The notes beneath the pieces were generated by a model. The model did no database searches. It was given only the letters and a program-made list of their open reading frames with translations, and was not told the origin of the DNA. The position numbers and the translations under genes are program-made. A DNA stretch of 44,669 nt from the sequence record SRR16203515_1153. One strand, written 5' to 3'. This document shows, piece after piece, positions 27,853 to 38,363 of the stretch; positions within the stretch are counted from its first letter, which is position 1, and each line of letters begins with the position of its first letter.

Positions 27853-29100
27853 TTAACTGGTGATCGAGGAAAAAACCAGGGTGCCGTTTGTGCCACCGAA
27901 GCCGAAGGAGTTCGAGAGTGCAGAACGGATGACAACCTCCCGAGAGGAGTGCGGAACATAATCAAGATCGCATTCAGGATCGGGCTTATGAAGATTAATC
28001 GTGGGCGGGATGATCTGGTGGAAAATCGACTTTACCGTAGCAACCGCTTCAACCCCGCCTGCAGCACCCAAAAGGTGCCCGATCATAGATTTAGTTGAAC
28101 TGACCATAATTTGACCGGCATGTTCCCCGAATACGGTTTTTAGTGCGAGCGTCTCCGCAAGGTCGCCGAGCGGGGTGGACGTACCATGTGCATTTACATA
28201 ATCGATAGTGTCGGTCGAGATTGACGCACTTCGCAAGGCGCTTGTCATGCATCGGGCGGCGCCCTCCCCACCTGGCGCAGGTTGCGTCATATGATGGGCA
28301 TCGCCGCTAACGCCATAACCAGAAAGCTCGGCATAGATACGGGATCGCCGTTTTTTCGCATGCGCCTCTGACTCCAGAACCATCACCCCGGCACCCTCAC
28401 CCATCACAAAACCATCGCGCTCGAGATCCCACGGTCGACTCGCGACTGTTGGATCATCGTTTCGACGACTTAGTGCTTTTGCGGCTGCAAATCCAGCGAG
28501 CGAGGTTGGCGTAATCGGCGCCTCGGTTCCGCCCGCAATCATTACTTCCGCGTCACCGAGTGCAATCATTCGCGCCGCCTCACCAATGGCATGAGTCCCT
28601 GTGGTGCAAGCTGTCACTACCGCCAGATTCGGTCCACGAAGGCCTAACATGATGGAGAGATTGCCCGAGACCATGTTAATTATGCTGCTGGGAATATAAA
28701 ACGGTGAAACCTTTCGCGGACCCTTTTCGGCCAATAACCGAGTCGTGCTCTCAATAGTGTCCAGACCACCGATACCCGCTCCAATTAAAACGCCAATCTG
28801 ATCTCTATCAACGCGCTCTAAATCGATACCGCTGTCTTCAAAAGCCTCAAGCCCGGCACATAAGCCCAACTGGATGAATCGATCCATCCGTCGTATTTCT
28901 TTAGCGCCGAGTCGGGTCTCAGGATCAAAACCATTTGCTTCGCCAGCGATTCGCGTGGGCAGGTCAGAGGCGTCGAAATGACTGACCGTATTGATGCCGT
29001 TTTGACCTGACGTTAAACCGGTCCACGTTGAATCCAGGTCGTTGCCTACCGGCGAAATACAGCCAAGGCCCGTAACAACCACTTTTCTTAATCCATGCAT
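27853..29100 (-). CDS. fabF: Beta-ketoacyl-ACP synthase II
   Basis: VVVTGLG, TACTTG, NAHGTST, KSMIGHLLG and SNSFGFGGTN. Confidence 0.96.
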   Translation of the reverse strand: MHGLRKVVVTGLGCISPVGNDLDSTWTGLTSGQNGINTVSHFDASDLPTRIAGEANGFDPETRLGAKEIRRMDRFIQLGLCAGLEAFEDSGIDLERVDRDQIGVLIGAGIGGLDTIESTTRLLAEKGPRKVSPFYIPSSIINMVSGNLSIMLGLRGPNLAVVTACTTGTHAIGEAARMIALGDAEVMIAGGTEAPITPTSLAGFAAAKALSRRNDDPTVASRPWDLERDGFVMGEGAGVMVLESEAHAKKRRSRIYAELSGYGVSGDAHHMTQPAPGGEGAARCMTSALRSASISTDTIDYVNAHGTSTPLGDLAETLALKTVFGEHAGQIMVSSTKSMIGHLLGAAGGVEAVATVKSIFHQIIPPTINLHKPDPECDLDYVPHSSREVVIRSALSNSFGFGGTNGTLVFSSITS

Positions 29101-29111
29101 ATTAGTTTTAT

Positions 29112-29155
29112 AAAAAAATAAAGCCGCCTGAAGCGTGAGCGTCAGCCGGCTTTAT
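29112..29155 (-). terminator. Rho-independent terminator/attenuator between acpP and fabF
   Basis: ATAAAGCCGcCTGA...TCAGcCGGCTTTAT hairpin, followed on the minus strand by a T run. Confidence 0.7.
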
Positions 29156-29186
29156 ATAGGTGCTGGAACCTGATGTTCAGGGGTGA

Positions 29187-29426
29187 TCAGGTATTGGTAT
29201 TTTTTTGGATAAATTCGACCGCTTGCTTAACCGTCGTTATTTTTTCGGCCTCATCATCTGGAATCTCGGCATCAAATTCTTCCTCGAGGGCCATTACAAG
29301 TTCCACCGTATCTAGGGAGTCCGCCCCCAGATCGTCGACGAAGGAAGCATCTGGAGTTACCTGATCGTCACTTACGCCGAGCTGCTCGACAACGATTTTC
29401 TTGACGCGTTCTTCAATACTGCTCAT
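29187..29426 (-). CDS. acpP: Acyl carrier protein
   Basis: [46 protein letters not shown] before ATG 29426. Confidence 0.97.
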   Translation of the reverse strand: MSSIEERVKKIVVEQLGVSDDQVTPDASFVDDLGADSLDTVELVMALEEEFDAEIPDDEAEKITTVKQAVEFIQKNTNT

Positions 29427-29636
29427 GGGTGCTATAGCCTCCTGGTATATGGATTCTTCCATGGCGACGATCAATTCATTGCTGAAATTGAGCATCCACC
29501 GGATGAAGCGGGATTAAACCGTAAACCACTCGTTAAGTCCATTAAAAATCCAAAACACCTTTAAAGAGAATCGATAGTGAGAATCCGAGGGGATCGATTA
29601 ATTAATCTATTAAAACAGGCATTTGCGGCTGATACA

Positions 29637-30398
29637 TTAGAAACCCATGAACATTCCGCCGTTAACATGAAGGACTTGTCCGGTAATGTAACCCGCGCGG
29701 TCAGAAGTGAGAAATTCAACCGCATGTGCGATATCTTCGGGTTGGCCCAGGCGCCGCTGAGGAATTGTCTCGATCAATTTGGATTTGTGCGCGTCGGGAA
29801 TCTCGTCGGTCATGTCAGTTGCAATAAAACCAGGTGCGACTGCGTTGACTGTAATCCCCCGAGACGCCACTTCGTGTGCCAGCGATTTGGTAAACCCCAC
29901 CATTCCGGCTTTGGTCGCAGCGTAGTTGGTTTGTCCCGGATTGCCGGTGGCGCCAACAACTGAACTGATATTAATAATTCGACCGAATCGTTGTTTGGTC
30001 ATACCCTTAAGACAAATTTTCGTCAGCAAAAAAATGGCGTTTAAATTTGTATTAACAACGTTGTCCCATTGCGACTTCTTCATTCGAAGAAGCAAATTGT
30101 CTTCTGTCACTCCTGCGTTATTAATTAATACGCTAATTGATCCAAATTCAGCCGTAATCGCCGACACCAGGTCTTCACCTTGAGTTTGATGATTAACGTC
30201 CAATACCGCACCGCGACCTTCGCCGCCTGTCGATTTAATTGATTCTGTTATGGCTTTTGCACCCGCGTCACTCGTTGCAGTACCGATGACGGTGTAACCA
30301 AGATGCGCGAGACGAAGCGCCACGGCTTTGCCAATCCCTCGACTCGCCCCTGTCACCAAACTGACCGACTTGTTCTCCAGGTTTAACTTATCGTTCAT
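29637..30398 (-). CDS. fabG: 3-oxoacyl-ACP reductase
   Basis: TGASRGIG, NNAG, NPGQTNYAATK and VNGGM. Confidence 0.96.
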   Translation of the reverse strand: MNDKLNLENKSVSLVTGASRGIGKAVALRLAHLGYTVIGTATSDAGAKAITESIKSTGGEGRGAVLDVNHQTQGEDLVSAITAEFGSISVLINNAGVTEDNLLLRMKKSQWDNVVNTNLNAIFLLTKICLKGMTKQRFGRIINISSVVGATGNPGQTNYAATKAGMVGFTKSLAHEVASRGITVNAVAPGFIATDMTDEIPDAHKSKLIETIPQRRLGQPEDIAHAVEFLTSDRAGYITGQVLHVNGGMFMGF

Positions 30399-30421
30399 CC
30401 TTTATTCTCGCGCATCCATTA

Positions 30422-31393
30422 TTAATATTTGACTAACATGCTGCCCCAGGCAAACCCGCCGCCAAAAGCCTCAAAAATGATGTTCTGACCCCGGCGAATC
30501 CGTCCATCACGAACAGCCTCGTCAAAAGCCAACGGAACCGATGCGGCGGATGTATTGCCATGACGCTCTATCGTGACCACTACCTTATCAAGACTCATAT
30601 CAACTCTACGGGCTATCGCCTGAATTATTCTGATGTTGGCTTGGTGAGGGACGAGCCAATCAATATCTTTCTCTGTCAGGTTATTCGCGTCCAGAGCCTC
30701 AACGACCGCGTCGCCCAGCGCGGAGACCGCCCAGCGAAAAACCTCTTTCCCCTTCATTTCAGTAAAGGCCTCTCGCTGGAGCACTTGGTCATATGCAGTC
30801 GATATACCCGTTGGAACGCAAAGAAGATCCTTATAGGCGCCGTCGGCATGAAGATGGCTCGAAATAATGCCAGGCGAATCAGACGCTTCGATTACCATCG
30901 CCCCCGCCCCGTCGCCAAAAAGAACACAGGTGGACCGGTCCTTCCAGTTAAGAATTCTGGAAAATGTTTCTGCGCCGATCACCAAGGCGCATTTGCTGCC
31001 GCCCGTTTGGATATATCGATGGGCGACGTCCAATGCATAAACAAATCCTGCACAGACCGCTTGAACGTCGAAAGCTGGACCCCCCCGTATACCGAGGCGT
31101 TCCTGCAATAAACAGGCGGTGCTGGGGAAAACCTGATCAGCAGTAGTGGTCGCAACGATCACTAGATCTATATCCTCAGGATTTCGCTGGGCCGACTCTA
31201 ATGCTCGTTCTGCCGCTTGGAGTGCAAGATCACAGGTGAATTCGTCTGGGGCCGCAATATGACGTTGGCGAATACCACTTCTTGAGAAAATCCAATCATC
31301 AGACGTATCGACCATTTCCGCTAGTTCGTGATTATCGAGCACCCTTTTGGGTAAATAACTTCCCGTTCCAATAATTCGCGCGTCAATGAGCAT
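30422..31393 (-). CDS. fabH: Beta-ketoacyl-ACP synthase III
   Basis: GTGSYLP, AVCAGF, LFGDGAGA, PHQANIRII and GNTSAAS. Confidence 0.96.
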   Translation of the reverse strand: MLIDARIIGTGSYLPKRVLDNHELAEMVDTSDDWIFSRSGIRQRHIAAPDEFTCDLALQAAERALESAQRNPEDIDLVIVATTTADQVFPSTACLLQERLGIRGGPAFDVQAVCAGFVYALDVAHRYIQTGGSKCALVIGAETFSRILNWKDRSTCVLFGDGAGAMVIEASDSPGIISSHLHADGAYKDLLCVPTGISTAYDQVLQREAFTEMKGKEVFRWAVSALGDAVVEALDANNLTEKDIDWLVPHQANIRIIQAIARRVDMSLDKVVVTIERHGNTSAASVPLAFDEAVRDGRIRRGQNIIFEAFGGGFAWGSMLVKY

Positions 31394-31397
31394 AGGG

Positions 31398-32423
31398 TTA
31401 GTCCGCGAGGGCCAAAGTAGCTTCAAGGTCGCTCTCTATTTGAGAAATCAGGTTCTTGCTGGCAGCAAGTCGAGCAGCGCCAATCGCATTGGAAAATGCG
31501 GTTCGATCCGCTCCGCCATGGGATTTTATGACAACCCCTCGCAACCCAAGGAGCATGGCGCCGTTATACCTGCGATGATCAATCCGCGCTTGAAATGCCC
31601 TCAAGACCGGCTTCGCAATTAGTGCTGCGAGTTTGCTGAATAGAGATCTTGTAAATTCCTCTCGAATGACTTTCGTCAGCATTTGTGCGAGACCTTCGCT
31701 TGTTTTAAGCGCGATATTTCCCTCGAACCCATCGCAAACAATCAGATCAACTTCGCCGTTAAAAATATCGTCACCTTCGACATAACCGACATAGTTGAGA
31801 TCACTGTTTCTCAACATCTCAGAGGCCGCTTTTATTGTTTCACTCCCTTTGATCTCTTCACTACCCACATTCAATAATCCGACGGTTGGGGCCTCAGCGC
31901 CCTCTAGCGTACGAACCAAGCTCGATCCCATCAACCCAAACTGAAAAAGAACTTCGGGCGGGCTTCCGACATTCGCGCCAAGATCCAACATATGGACATG
32001 ACCTGCCGATCGCGGTAACACCGCAATAATAGCGGGACGATCAATCCCCGGTAGCGTTTTTAATACAAAACGGGCAGTCGCCATTAACGCCCCGGTATTG
32101 CCCGCGCTCACACACCCACTCACCCTGCCTTCGGACAGCTGATTGATCGCGACCCGCATAGACGAGTCCTTCTTGAAACGTAATGCGGACGCGGGAGGCT
32201 CGTCCATCGCGACAACTTCGGAAGATGGTACAACAATGAGGCGATCAGCCGGCGCTGAAGCCGACAATGCGTCGTGTAACTGTTCTGGATCACCCACTGC
32301 GTGACAAATAAGGTCGGGGTAACGACTTAATGCATCGAGTAGTCCGGGTGCGGTAACCTCAATTCCCTGATCTCCGCCCATCATATCGACAGACAGCCGG
32401 ATCAGGTTAGATGTCCCCGACAT
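31398..32423 (-). CDS. plsX: Phosphate acyltransferase PlsX
   Basis: [29 protein letters not shown] and KSHG. Confidence 0.96.
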   Translation of the reverse strand: MSGTSNLIRLSVDMMGGDQGIEVTAPGLLDALSRYPDLICHAVGDPEQLHDALSASAPADRLIVVPSSEVVAMDEPPASALRFKKDSSMRVAINQLSEGRVSGCVSAGNTGALMATARFVLKTLPGIDRPAIIAVLPRSAGHVHMLDLGANVGSPPEVLFQFGLMGSSLVRTLEGAEAPTVGLLNVGSEEIKGSETIKAASEMLRNSDLNYVGYVEGDDIFNGEVDLIVCDGFEGNIALKTSEGLAQMLTKVIREEFTRSLFSKLAALIAKPVLRAFQARIDHRRYNGAMLLGLRGVVIKSHGGADRTAFSNAIGAARLAASKNLISQIESDLEATLALAD

Positions 32424-32461
32424 ATCAAAAGCGCAAGCTCCAGCCTATCGGCAAGAATAGC

Positions 32462-32647
32462 CTATTCTTCAGCCGCGGATTCCTGGATCACTTTTCGGCC
32501 GCGATAATAACCGTCCGCGGTGACGTGGTGACGACGATGAAGTTCTCCTGACACGGGATCGGTCGAGAGCGTAACTTTCGTCAGTCCGTCGTGGGCACGG
32601 CGCATTCCTCGTTTAGAAGGTGTCTTTCTATTTTTTTGAACGGCCAT
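32462..32647 (-). CDS. rpmF: 50S ribosomal protein L32 (Cys-less form)
   Basis: [37 protein letters not shown]. Confidence 0.97.
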   Translation of the reverse strand: MAVQKNRKTPSKRGMRRAHDGLTKVTLSTDPVSGELHRRHHVTADGYYRGRKVIQESAAEE

Positions 32648-32776
32648 AGGGGTTCTCTTTGATTAGAATAGTGAGCACCCCACGCGCCTCGATCGAGAGC
32701 AATATGCCAGCGTATCTTGCAACGTGGGTGAAAACCCCCTAATTTTAGTGGCTTAAGCCAACGGTTGTCAAAAATT

Positions 32777-33376
32777 ATGCCGAACCAGAAAGTTATATTA
32801 GCTTCAACTTCACCTTATCGCAGAGCGCTTCTCGCTCGACTGGGTATTCCTTTTGATGTGGTCGCGCCCGATGTGCCGGAGAAACCTCTCCCTGAGGAAA
32901 AACCGGCCGACCTCGCATTACGATTGGCGATTGCAAAAGCGAAAGCGGGCGCGGCGCTATTTTCAGAAGGGTTAGTAATTGGATCTGATCAAGTCGCTGA
33001 AGTGAATGGCGTGATAATGGGAAAACCCGCTGATCGCCAAGCCGCGATTGACCAATTAACTCTTGCATCGGGAAATACGATGACACTCTATACCGGGATT
33101 GCATTGGTGAATATCACCGCGGATTCAGTGCAAAGCGCCGTCGAACCTTATTATGTTCAATACCGGAAACTGAGCCTTTCCCAGATTAATCGGTATATTG
33201 ATACCGAAGAACCTTATGGCTGCTGTGGCAGCCTTAAGTCAGAAGGTCTTGGAATTACATTTTTAAACGAGTTATCCGGGAAAGATCCAACCGCACTAAT
33301 TGGACTACCCCTCATCAAACTCACCGACATGCTTTCAAATGCGGGCATGGAGTTTCCGGTGAATGATACTTCGTAG
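32777..33376 (+). CDS. maf: Maf/YceF nucleoside triphosphate pyrophosphatase
   Basis: ILASTSPYRRALL, IGSDQVA, GKP, KSEGLGI and LIGLPL. Confidence 0.93.
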   Translation: MPNQKVILASTSPYRRALLARLGIPFDVVAPDVPEKPLPEEKPADLALRLAIAKAKAGAALFSEGLVIGSDQVAEVNGVIMGKPADRQAAIDQLTLASGNTMTLYTGIALVNITADSVQSAVEPYYVQYRKLSLSQINRYIDTEEPYGCCGSLKSEGLGITFLNELSGKDPTALIGLPLIKLTDMLSNAGMEFPVNDTS

Positions 33377-33378
33377 TT

Positions 33379-34311
33379 CTAAAACACTAAGGAGGGTGTT
33401 CCAGATAATCCGATGGACCTGACCACACGAGCTGTAAAATTATCGAAAAGCAGCGTCCACCAATCATCATCCACTGAAAAATCCATTATGACTGGTGCGC
33501 CGATGATATCCCTCGCGACTTCGTTAATCGACGCGGCTGAATCCGCCAGACCCATTTTGATCGCTTCCCCGCCGGTCCAGACCTGGCCCGAGAAGATGTC
33601 AGGGTCGTCCTGTAATCGAGGTCCCCTTCCCTCCCTAACTGCCGCGATAAATTGGTTGTGGACATCATCAAGAATCCGCTGCAAATTCTGTTGATCATTT
33701 TGATCCACGGGCGAAAATGGGTCCAGCATGCTCTTGTCTTTCCCCGCGATCGTTAAGCGCCGTTCGACCCCTAACTTCTTCATCGTATCAACAAACCCAA
33801 ATCCGCTGGAAATAACCCCAATGGAGCCGACAATACTGGCCGGATCGACGAATATATCCTCAGCAGCCACTGAGATGTAGTAGGCCCCCGATGCGCCAAT
33901 ATCGGCGATCACGGCAAAGAGTGGGATATCAGGATGCTCAAGGCGAAGGCGCCGCAGTGCCCGGTAGATCTGCCCAGACTGAACGGGGCTACCGCCCGGG
34001 CTATTGATATCCAGAATAATACCGCGAACACCTTGCGCGCCATATGCAGCACGGACTGCATCCTCCACTTCGCGTGCTGAGGTTCCGCGCTCCACCCCAA
34101 TTACCCCAGAGATCGGGATGACCGCAGTAAATTCATTAGGAAGGCGATCGCTAACCCATATTGGCCCGCCAAGACCGCCCACAAGAAGCAAAGCTAAAGC
34201 CGCTAACCATAGGATTCGAAACCTCCGCTGGCGTTTTCGCTCCCGACCTTGTTCGCGAAGCACCGTGGTGAGTAATTGCTGAATGTCAGATGACTCATTG
34301 CGTGTCTCCAT
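33379..34311 (-). CDS. sppA: S49 signal peptide peptidase (short SppA)
   Basis: TM helix, INSPGGSPVQS, ASGAYY and SIVGSIGV. GGAG RBS before ATG 34311. Confidence 0.92.
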   Translation of the reverse strand: METRNESSDIQQLLTTVLREQGRERKRQRRFRILWLAALALLLVGGLGGPIWVSDRLPNEFTAVIPISGVIGVERGTSAREVEDAVRAAYGAQGVRGIILDINSPGGSPVQSGQIYRALRRLRLEHPDIPLFAVIADIGASGAYYISVAAEDIFVDPASIVGSIGVISSGFGFVDTMKKLGVERRLTIAGKDKSMLDPFSPVDQNDQQNLQRILDDVHNQFIAAVREGRGPRLQDDPDIFSGQVWTGGEAIKMGLADSAASINEVARDIIGAPVIMDFSVDDDWWTLLFDNFTARVVRSIGLSGTPSLVF

Positions 34312-34363
34312 TTGTTCTCCATTTACGTCGGGTTGGTTCATGTTGCGGCAAGGTGAGCCATTA

Positions 34364-34738
34364 TTAGCCAATATGGTATCGATGATCTGTGAGGAATACG
34401 TCTCCTTGCGCCTCAACGACTTGAATTTGGGTTAACGCGGTTCCGGAACAAGGTCCGCCTAGGCATTCGCCATTATTGGGGGAATAAAGTGCGCCGTGAG
34501 TTGCGCAAATTAGATTTTTCCCGTCGAGATCAAAGAATTCCCCGGGACTCCAGTCCAGCTCGAGCGCTCTGTGGGTGCATTGATTTAAAAATGCGGCTAC
34601 ACCATTTTCATGACGAACGACAAAAGCAGCGCGCGTTACCTCCCCATCAAGAATAGCAAAACGCACTCCTTTTCCGCCGGCTTTTAATACCTTTGAGTGA
34701 CAGATGAAGCCGCGACCGGACCGACCATTATTGGACAT
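34364..34738 (-). CDS. Rieske [2Fe-2S] ferredoxin-like protein
   Basis: NQCTH and ICATHGALY..GECLGGPC. Confidence 0.9.
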   Translation of the reverse strand: MSNNGRSGRGFICHSKVLKAGGKGVRFAILDGEVTRAAFVVRHENGVAAFLNQCTHRALELDWSPGEFFDLDGKNLICATHGALYSPNNGECLGGPCSGTALTQIQVVEAQGDVFLTDHRYHIG

Positions 34739-35687
34739 TTTGCTTTTGTTCAAGTTTGGAAAGTACGCTCGAAAGATCGTCCGGCAATGCAGACTGAATA
34801 GTCATCGGGGCGCCTGAATTGGGGTGGTCAAAAAGAAGTGATTCTGCATGTAAAAACTGCCGCCTTAACCCGAGTTTCCGTAAATCAAGATTTCTTTCCT
34901 TATCGCCATAAAGTTTATCGCCAGCAACTGGATATCCTTCTTGTTCCGCATGAACACGCACCTGATGAAGACGCCCTGTCTTGATTTCAACTTTCACTAG
35001 GGTATAACCCTTCAACGACTTGATGGGATCAAAGATGCTAATCGCCTCCCTTCCTGAACTACTGACTTTCGAACGTTTTGTACCGACCGTTCCGCGAACG
35101 GTTTCCAGAGAATGGGTAAGCGTTCGACTCCCGCCCCGCCATTCCCCCACCAAAAGTGCAGTATAAAATTTCTGTATGCTTTTCAGCTTATTGCGAGAAC
35201 TAAAAAGCAGGTGCATCTGTCGTAACGCCATCGGGTCTTTCGCCAACATCAAGACTCCCGACGTTTCTTTATCCAAACGATGTATCAGTTCAAGATAGCC
35301 TGTCATTCGACTTCGCAAAATTTCAATCAAGCCGTAGTCATGCCCGCTCCCACTGTGGACCGCGCATCCTGATGGCTTATCGACAATAAGTAAATGCTCG
35401 TCTTCGAAAAGGGTCGAAATCTTGAAGTCAGGCGCGGCGCTCGGTTCCCGCGATTTTTCTGACGCTTGCCGCAATGGGGGAATTCTCACCGTATCTCCAT
35501 CCGCGAGGCGACTCGATGGTTTAACTCGCCCGCCGTTTATCCGAACCTGACCGCCGCGAATTATTCTGTAGATGTAACTTTTCGGAACACCTTTCAGGTG
35601 TTTAAAAAGATAATTATCAAGACGCTGGCCGGCCTCGGTTGTTGCCACAAGGCGTTTTGAAACGGGATCTTTGGGCGTTTCCTTCAC
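34728..35687 (-). CDS. rluC: 23S rRNA pseudouridine synthase RluC
   Basis: S4 domain GQRLDNYL..GVPKSYIYRIIR, HRLDKETSG and TGRLHQVRVH; divergent from rne. Confidence 0.93.
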   Translation of the reverse strand: MKETPKDPVSKRLVATTEAGQRLDNYLFKHLKGVPKSYIYRIIRGGQVRINGGRVKPSSRLADGDTVRIPPLRQASEKSREPSAAPDFKISTLFEDEHLLIVDKPSGCAVHSGSGHDYGLIEILRSRMTGYLELIHRLDKETSGVLMLAKDPMALRQMHLLFSSRNKLKSIQKFYTALLVGEWRGGSRTLTHSLETVRGTVGTKRSKVSSSGREAISIFDPIKSLKGYTLVKVEIKTGRLHQVRVHAEQEGYPVAGDKLYGDKERNLDLRKLGLRRQFLHAESLLFDHPNSGAPMTIQSALPDDLSSVLSKLEQKQNVQ

Positions 35688-36257
35688 TTTCTAACCTAAA
35701 CTTATTATTTTATTGAAAAAAAACGGTTTCACGGCTACACTCGACGCCGTCGATCATTTGATCGACACGCCTCGAAAGCTGGCGAGACGCGTCTAGAAGA
35801 TATTCTGGCGCCTCAGGTGACCCAGATCGCGCGCTGAGAACGAATTCTACCAAGCGCGGATCCAAGGCAAAAGAAGCCAGGGACCACCAACAAGATCTCA
35901 TCAGTACGAGAGCCGACGTCGGGCTTTAAATTTACTGCCTTGACGAGATGACGAACAGAATCCTGTTTACGTGAATTCACGTAAACTTCCGCCCGAAACG
36001 GCGGCAAGCTGGTAAACACTAGCGGTTTCAAGAAGGAAGTGGCCCCGATTCTGGGGATGCGTAGTAAGGAAGTCGTTCTAAACAACGCCAGCCGTCTATT
36101 GCAGATCATAGCCACATCAGCGCGCCCCAGGCGCGTCCTAACCTCGTCGGTTCCGTACTCTTTTGATCTAGCCGTGCTTCAGGGGCGCGTGTGATTAACT
36201 GCGGTCGCTCATCAGAAACTCCGAAGAGTGGAAATGCGGCCTTAAAACGGAATTAAA

Positions 36258-38324
36258 ATGAAAAGAATGCTATTTAATGCAACCCACCCTGAAGAACTTC
36301 GGGTTGCTATCGTTGATGGACAAAAACTGCTTGATCTCGATATCGAGTCATCGAGTAATGCCCAGCGCAAGGGAAACATCTATCAGGCACGTGTCACTCG
36401 AGTCGAGCCAAGTCTAGAGGCCGCTTTCGTTGAATACGGTTCAGAGCGACAGGGTTTTCTCCCTTTAAAAGAAATTTCCCGCGCCCACTTTAAGAATTTT
36501 TCGCCAGCGACACCGATGGCTCAGGTCAAAATTAAAGATGTGATCGAAGAAGGTCAGGAACTCCTCATTCAGGTTGAAAAAGATGAGCGAGGTACGAAAG
36601 GGGCGGCTTTAACCACGTTTATTAGTCTTGCGGGCCGTTATTTGGTGTTGATGCCCAATAATCCGAAAGGCGGCGGTATTTCCCGACGAATTGACGGCAA
36701 CGAGCGATCTGACCTGCGAGACGCAATGGCTGGCCTTCAGTGTCCTCCTGAGCATTCCCTCATCGCCAGAACAGCAGGCATTGGCAAGAGTCCGGAAGAG
36801 CTTCAATGGGACTTGGATTTCCTTTTGCAACTATGGGGGGTCATTGATAAGGCCTCAACAACCCAGGAAGCCCCTTTTCTGGTTTATCAGGAAAGCAATC
36901 TGATCGTTAGGACATTGCGAGATCATCTGCGTTCCGATATTCAGGAAATCGTGATTGATGAGGCATCAGTATACGAGCGGGCCTCTCGATTTATGTCCCA
37001 ATTGATGCCTCAAAACGCGTCCAAGCTAAAACATTATGAAGACACGGTGCCCCTGTTTTCCCGATTCCAAATTGAGCATCAAATTGAGAATGCCTACTCG
37101 CGATCGGTAAAGCTTCCGTCCGGCGGAGCGCTCGTGATTGACCATACAGAGGCGCTGATCTCTATTGACGTCAACTCGGCTCGCGCAACAAAAGGGTCTG
37201 ATATCGAAGAGACTGCGCTACAGACCAATCTGGAGGCTGTAGATGAATTAGCGCGTCAGATGCGAATCCGGGACATGGGTGGTCTACTCGTAATTGATTT
37301 AATTGATATGACCTCTCCCAAAAATAAGAAGACCGTTGAAAATCGACTGGCTGAAGCGGTTAGGCCTGATCGTGCCAGAATACAGATCGGTCATATCTCC
37401 AGATTTGGCCTCCTTGAAATGTCTCGACAAAGGATGCGAAGCTCAATTAGTGACTCGAATTATGGGGTTTGCACGCTTTGTGATGGGACAGGACAGGTTC
37501 GAAACGTCACCTCTTCTGCGCTCAGTATTCTGCGAATTCTTGAGGAGGAAGCTCTAAAAGAAAACACCGAGGCCGTCTTTGCCGAATTACCGCTTGAAGT
37601 CTCGACATTCCTGCTGAATGAAAAGCGTTTTGAGGTCAACCAGATTGAGGCGCGGTTAGGGACTCGGATTGTTCTGATTCCGTCGTCAAATCTTCATGGC
37701 TCTCAGAACAATATCCAACGACTCAAAAGCGAAGATCTCGATTCTGGCGAAAACATGTTAGCAAGCCATAAGATCAAAATCACTTCTGAAAATGACAATC
37801 GCCCAGAATATGCGATGAGTCGTAATAGTCGGCGTGCAGCGGTCAGTATTGACCAGATAGCAACAACGCCTCCGCCGACCCCAGCCGCATCGCCCTCCCC
37901 GGCCCCTAAAAAAGAAAAGGATACCGCGGGATTTTTCTCTCGACTGTTTAAGCGGCTGGGTGGGGATTCCGAAAACGAGACCGTTGATGAAAAGCCGCGA
38001 CAGAATCGTCAACACTCTGGCAATCGTTCCAGGGGCGGACGTGGCGGGAACCGGCGGGATGGCAGCCGTTCGCAGAATCGAAATTCAGGAAGTGGAACTC
38101 GATCCCGAAATGCGTCTAATCGAAATCAGGATCGAAATAAAACGGAAGGATCCTCGGAAGAAAAAAGTGGTCAGCGGCGGTCAAGAGGAGGTCGTAACCG
38201 ATCTTCGGGCCAAGGCAATCGCCAGTCGGGCAACCGAGCGCGGTCACCTCAAACGGGTCAGTCCTCCAACGCTCGTGACACCACCCCTTCACCTGCCGCG
38301 GGAAACAGTCCAAAAGTCGATTAA
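36258..38324 (+). CDS. rne: Ribonuclease E (short C-terminal region)
   Basis: MKRMLFNAT..EELRVA, IDVNSARATKG, GLLEMSRQR, Zn-link CTLC, membrane helix GFFSRLFKRLGG and an R/N/S-rich tail. Confidence 0.96.
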   Translation: MKRMLFNATHPEELRVAIVDGQKLLDLDIESSSNAQRKGNIYQARVTRVEPSLEAAFVEYGSERQGFLPLKEISRAHFKNFSPATPMAQVKIKDVIEEGQELLIQVEKDERGTKGAALTTFISLAGRYLVLMPNNPKGGGISRRIDGNERSDLRDAMAGLQCPPEHSLIARTAGIGKSPEELQWDLDFLLQLWGVIDKASTTQEAPFLVYQESNLIVRTLRDHLRSDIQEIVIDEASVYERASRFMSQLMPQNASKLKHYEDTVPLFSRFQIEHQIENAYSRSVKLPSGGALVIDHTEALISIDVNSARATKGSDIEETALQTNLEAVDELARQMRIRDMGGLLVIDLIDMTSPKNKKTVENRLAEAVRPDRARIQIGHISRFGLLEMSRQRMRSSISDSNYGVCTLCDGTGQVRNVTSSALSILRILEEEALKENTEAVFAELPLEVSTFLLNEKRFEVNQIEARLGTRIVLIPSSNLHGSQNNIQRLKSEDLDSGENMLASHKIKITSENDNRPEYAMSRNSRRAAVSIDQIATTPPPTPAASPSPAPKKEKDTAGFFSRLFKRLGGDSENETVDEKPRQNRQHSGNRSRGGRGGNRRDGSRSQNRNSGSGTRSRNASNRNQDRNKTEGSSEEKSGQRRSRGGRNRSSGQGNRQSGNRARSPQTGQSSNARDTTPSPAAGNSPKVD

Positions 38325-38363
38325 TTCAGAGTGATTTAGGTAAGCTGAGTCGCCATTTAAGGC

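Noticed and set aside
35710-36115. Two minus-strand ORFs in the rluC-rne spacer
   Set aside because: No recognisable motifs or clear RBS; better explained as antisense to the rne leader.
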